Positions 46,515 to 64,000 of a DNA stretch of 64,000 nt are shown here, piece by piece. Numbering within the stretch: the first letter of the stretch is position 1; each line of letters starts with the position of its first letter. Below the pieces are notes generated by a model. It was given only the letters and a program-made list of their open reading frames with translations. It was not told the DNA's origin and did no database searches. The stretch spans positions 3,809,957-3,873,956 of the forward strand of contig CAVNZM010000016.1 of assembly GCA_963693365.1 (NCBI GenBank). Direction: 5' to 3'. Source of the DNA: Amoebidium appalachense. Taxonomy: Eukaryota; Protista; Ichthyosporea. The position numbers and the translations under genes were made by a program.

Positions 46515-46600
46515 CGTGGAGGATGAAACACTGAGAGGTTGTGTGTGTGGGATGGGTGGAAGGAAGGAGTCCCGAGAGGTGGGGGTTGGGCGACACGTGG
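45835..46600 (-). mobile_element. Tandem cluster of 3-4 partial family A-related units separated by G/C runs
   Basis: Recurrent tgtaccccaact(caggtact)gtttcacttgaac...gtcttgatggg...aagctggacggg at ~45895, ~46130 and ~46380. The first unit also carries cagagcccatcctcagggggccc. Confidence 0.8.
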
Positions 46601-46996
46601 GGGGGGGGGGGGGGGGGGAGACAAGCTTTTTCTGGTCGGTAGAGTTCATCAAGACTACGACATTTTATTCCATGTCTGTTACCAGAACCGAACATAGACT
46701 AACGGCAATAGGAGAACCAAACGGCAATAGGAGAACCAAAGCACGTTAAACACGTGCCATTACATTATTACATAAACTTATCATGCAAACCTCATCAGAT
46801 ATAAAAAAACCAGCTACTTAGTAAATCCAGATACATTTAAAAGATCCCACTAGAAAACCAAACATATGGGATAGAGAGTTCCCCTATGCAGCGTCACCTA
46901 GGTCCTCAAATTTTAAAATCATCATTGCATCACACTGGCTAGATATTCAGCCACAACGACATCAACCCACATACCCACCCATCCCTTTAAATTTGT

Positions 46997-48487
46997 TTAG
47001 TTCTTAGCAGGCTCAAGGTAAGCGTCGAACGACCCCACCTCCTTTAGCGATTCACGGCGCATGGGGCGACCGTGCTCTCCCTTTTCCGCGCTCTTATTGG
47101 ACGGAGCGGTAATCGGAATATCGATCGTCTTGACCAACTCGGCGAGAAGAGCGAGCGCAACATGTACATCCTCCGCCTTAACCGTGCAGAAACCGATCCA
47201 CTCAGGCATGCCGGTGTCCAACCCCTTAATGCTATCTCCCGCCTGCTTCATGTACCCGCACCCAATCACGTTGGGATGGGCCTTAATATGATCGAGATAG
47301 CGCGTGTTGAGCAAAACACCGGTCTTGGGGGCGCAGACAAAGTAATCGGCAATACCGCACAGGGGCTTCTCGGCGCGTGGGGGGTTAATGGGAATACCGC
47401 AGGCCGAAAGGAAGAAGTTGACAAACAGGTCGACACCGAAAGTCTCCTTGTGGAAAAGGTTCGTGCGGCCGCCGCCCATACGGGGGTTGTTCTCGATGAG
47501 CATGGGCTGGCCGCTGCCGTCGGGGCGGAGAAGGGTCTTGTGGGTGTATTTGCACTCGACGTGGAAGCAACCCTGCTTGAAACCCATCGCCAAGACAGTC
47601 TTCAGAGCGTAGTCGACGAGTTCGGCGTGTTTGTCGTCGGGGTAAACGGTGGGTGCGTTGGAGGTATCCTCGAGGAAATACGGCTCGCGGGGCTCTGCGT
47701 TGTCGTTTGCCTTGCCGTAAACGAGATTCCCGTCCCACAGGAGAAGGTCGACGTCAAACTCGTCACCGTCGATAAAACTCTCGAGCATGAGGCCGGCCTC
47801 GCAGCCGGGGTTCCAAGAAAACAACTCGTTCGTCTGAAGCTCCTTGCTCACAGACTCGAAGGCCTTGACAAGATCGTCCATGTTGTAGCATTTCACCACA
47901 CCAGCAGATGCGGCGCCCGACATGGGCTTAAGCACGAGGGGGAAACCGAGCTTTGTCCCGGCCTTCTGAGCTTCCTCAAGCGTTGCCACCTTGGCATAAC
48001 CCGGAACGGCAATGCCTGCCTCAGTGCAGCAATCGCGGGATGCGAACTTGTTGCGGGCCTTGACATAGGCGGAGGCAGGGTTGCCCGGGAGACCCATGCG
48101 CTCACTCAGCTCACCGACGAGGGTCTGTGCGTGCTCGTGGGGGGAGAACACAGCGTCGAACTTGACACCTGTGGCCTTTGCAGCCGCAACGACGTTGTCG
48201 GCGGCAGTCGCATCATCGCCCATGTCGCAGAAGATGGCACCGGCAAGGAGACCCAGGGCCTCCATCTTGTCGCGCATGCCACGATCGGCTTCGGTTTCGT
48301 TGAACACAACGTACAGGTTAGCGCCTAGTTTGTGAACGATCTCGACACTAGGGCGGAGACCCTCCCAGAAGAGGGCGGTGTAGAAGCACGTCAACCAGAG
48401 GACATTCTTCCCCTTGGCTGCCTCGAGACGGGCGGCTTGGGTGACCTCATCGGGCGCGTTGGCAGCGAGAAGATCGGCGGCAGGCAT
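46997..48487 (-). CDS. Intronless ATP-grasp amino-acid ligase, carnosine synthase (CARNS1 C-domain)/L-amino-acid-ligase-like, 496 aa
   Basis: Motifs ARNKFASR, GFPLVLKPMSGAASAGV, LESFIDGDEFDVDLLL, GCFHVECK and IENNPRMGG. Uninterrupted ORF with strong C/G-ending codon bias. Confidence 0.9.
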   Translation of the reverse strand: MPAADLLAANAPDEVTQAARLEAAKGKNVLWLTCFYTALFWEGLRPSVEIVHKLGANLYVVFNETEADRGMRDKMEALGLLAGAIFCDMGDDATAADNVVAAAKATGVKFDAVFSPHEHAQTLVGELSERMGLPGNPASAYVKARNKFASRDCCTEAGIAVPGYAKVATLEEAQKAGTKLGFPLVLKPMSGAASAGVVKCYNMDDLVKAFESVSKELQTNELFSWNPGCEAGLMLESFIDGDEFDVDLLLWDGNLVYGKANDNAEPREPYFLEDTSNAPTVYPDDKHAELVDYALKTVLAMGFKQGCFHVECKYTHKTLLRPDGSGQPMLIENNPRMGGGRTNLFHKETFGVDLFVNFFLSACGIPINPPRAEKPLCGIADYFVCAPKTGVLLNTRYLDHIKAHPNVIGCGYMKQAGDSIKGLDTGMPEWIGFCTVKAEDVHVALALLAELVKTIDIPITAPSNKSAEKGEHGRPMRRESLKEVGSFDAYLEPAKN

Positions 48488-48521
48488 GATTGATAAGTAG
48501 TCAAAGAGAAAGGAGGGGGGG

Positions 48522-48531
48522 TTTTATATAA
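48522..48531 (-). promoter_or_regulatory. Candidate TATA box (TATATAAAA) upstream of the ATP-grasp gene
   Basis: ttttatataa on +, about 35-45 nt upstream of the ATG. Confidence 0.4.
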
Positions 48532-50259
48532 GAACAACGGTGGAAAAGACGGAATAGGGTGTGGGTTGGTGGTTGCTTTTGTAGTAACTATACTGCTGGA
48601 TGTAGACGAACAGACTTTGTCTGCCGGATTCTTCTGAACTGAAAACAAACAAAAAAAAAGCTCTTTTTTATATGCGGCGATGTGTTTCGGTGGGCAATGT
48701 GCGCCGATCTGATTGGCTACGATGGATCCCCCCCAAAACTCCAATCACCTGTATGTTGATATGAGTAAAAATGATAAAATCACCTTGTTTATGACATGAA
48801 TCTATTTCACATTCTATGATACGTAAGGGTTACAAACATTAATATGAATATTATTCAAGTGATTTTTCTCTTAGGAATCATTGACTAGTACAAAAAATGA
48901 TGTGACAACGTTTCCGACTAGAAACCCATAATAACATCTATTCAATTGAGATCGGACGTCGAACAGATTACAATTTTTTAGCGCTTGATATTTGGAATAT
49001 TAAATCACTTCATCATGTCCGCAAAATCTATTTGTTTTTTTCTGGAGCTTCCAAATGGAATACTTTTATAGATCTTAATTCAGTTTATGAAACAATATTA
49101 GTATATAATGCTTAGGGAGGAATAGCCGCTAAGGATCTGAATGGCATGCATGCGGCACCGATGATTTACGGTACAAGAGAACCCGTGAATCTTGTTGGGG
49201 GGACCCATGGGTCACGGGGCGGTGAGCCTCCTCTCGGGGGACTCATCGAGTTATATATTTGGAATGTTCAACAACCAATCACTGCGGGCTATTTGGGAAG
49301 TTTGCTTTTGGCATAGGAAACCAAGCCTTATTCCGATTGGTTAGATGGCATCGACCAATCACAATCCTCGATTGTTTGGATTTTTTTTCTCAAATTATAC
49401 CTTATATGGTTCATTTGGTTACGCAAAAATTGCTTTTGGAATGTCTGGGTCCGTGGCCCACCCAGTTCCGACCGTTTTTCTGTTGGCAAGCACCAAAGTC
49501 CCCTCCCTTTCTTTCTTTATCACTTTTTTTCTTGCCTTTAACCGAGAGTAGGTAGAAATGGTGTTTGTCCACGTTTTGTTTTTCTGCTTTCATTTGAGAG
49601 CATACCGTGGCACTTCGAACCACTTTTCAAAGCTGTGGCATATATCAAAGCTTAGAAAACAAACCAAACACTTTCTCACCCGGAGCTAGAGCGCTTTTGG
49701 CATACATCTTCAGTTTAGTGTAGCCACTGAGTGGTGTTTGGCAAGTGATGTACAGATTTAAACCAACTTCACATGAAACAAATTGGTTTTTCTTTGTTTT
49801 ACGATGAACAACGCCAAGTAAGTGAAGCATAGGATGCTCGCATCAGTTTTGTGCTGGATCTCGCCTTTAGGCTCTCACCATGTTAGGTTGATCCTAATGA
49901 CGACAAATCGGGATCCCTGATGTTTGATACTTACACTTTAGCAAAACCGATCACAATACCCATAACCCACTTTGCCCATCTGCTGACCTACTCGAACAAC
50001 CCACCCACTCCCCCCCCCCCCCCCTCCCCCCCACGCCGATTTACATGGACACTCGTTTGGCAAGACGATAAATTAAGCCACGGCCAAGGAAGTTTTATTT
50101 CCTTAAGCAGGGTCTGTGTCATCTTCATACAGAGTAACATTCATCTAGTTCACTTCAACATCACAACCGTTTAGGTTTAAGTAAAATATATCACAACTCT
50201 TCAGAATAAAGATCGTAGCATAATAATTGGCAGCAAAAACTACAAATACCGGCGTCGTC

Positions 50260-50304
<45 letters not shown>

Positions 50305-50559
50305 ACATCCCCCCCCCCCCCCCCCCCCCTCCCCCCCCCCAAAAAAGAATAAAGAAACAGCATTCTATTTACATGAACCAATCTTGGCAAGCCCTACTTC
50401 TCTTTCGCTCATATGTTAGTGGATCTTGTACGTTCACTTGCCCCCCCCTCCCCCCTCCCCCCCCCCCCCCCCCCCCGGTCTTTGTATACTCCACACGTGA
50501 CACTGTTTACATGGGTTCCTAATCAGATAACGTCGTTATACAGTGACACGCACACACAC

Positions 50560-63870
<13,311 letters not shown>

Positions 63871-64000
63871 CTGAAAAAGGAAAAAGGAAAAGGGTTAAAG
63901 TTTATTGTGGGTAAGGTTAAGAGCATGTGGTGAAAAAGGAAATGTAGCATACAAATAAGCATTCCAAGAACAAATAATTAATGTTTGTATGTTAAGAACA

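Noticed and set aside
47072-48328. 418-aa antisense ORF
   Set aside because: Shadow of the ATP-grasp gene's codon bias, with no recognisable motifs.

Overview
Eukaryotic, intron-rich genomic DNA (GT-AG introns, standard code) whose introns and intergenic regions are saturated with poly(G)/poly(C) runs and (CA)/(GT)/(CT) microsatellites. Almost all ORFs in the supplied track are artefacts of these repeats. Manual, phase-checked splicing supports six genes: a plant-type phospholipid N-methyltransferase (PLMT/PEMT family, minus), a two-exon PH-domain gene, a ~17-kb multi-exon gene with a PH-like region and a degenerate TBC-like region, an F-box/LRR gene with several disablements, an intronless carnosine-synthase-like ATP-grasp ligase, and the 3' part of a large Pro/RS-rich Plus3-domain gene. 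There is possibly also the tail of a gene at the left edge. Mobile DNA includes a TA-flanked pogo/Tc1-mariner-type MITE, a tRNA-derived SINE-like fragment and a two-copy AATAAA/oligo(A)-ended retro-remnant. The most striking feature is a dispersed ~375-nt non-coding element (more than 12 copies or fragments). It has covarying helices, hammerhead-like CUGAUGA...GAAAC...GUH motifs, 5' truncations and 3' ends that abut poly(C) instead of poly(A). All calls were made by eye, without database searches or folding software.
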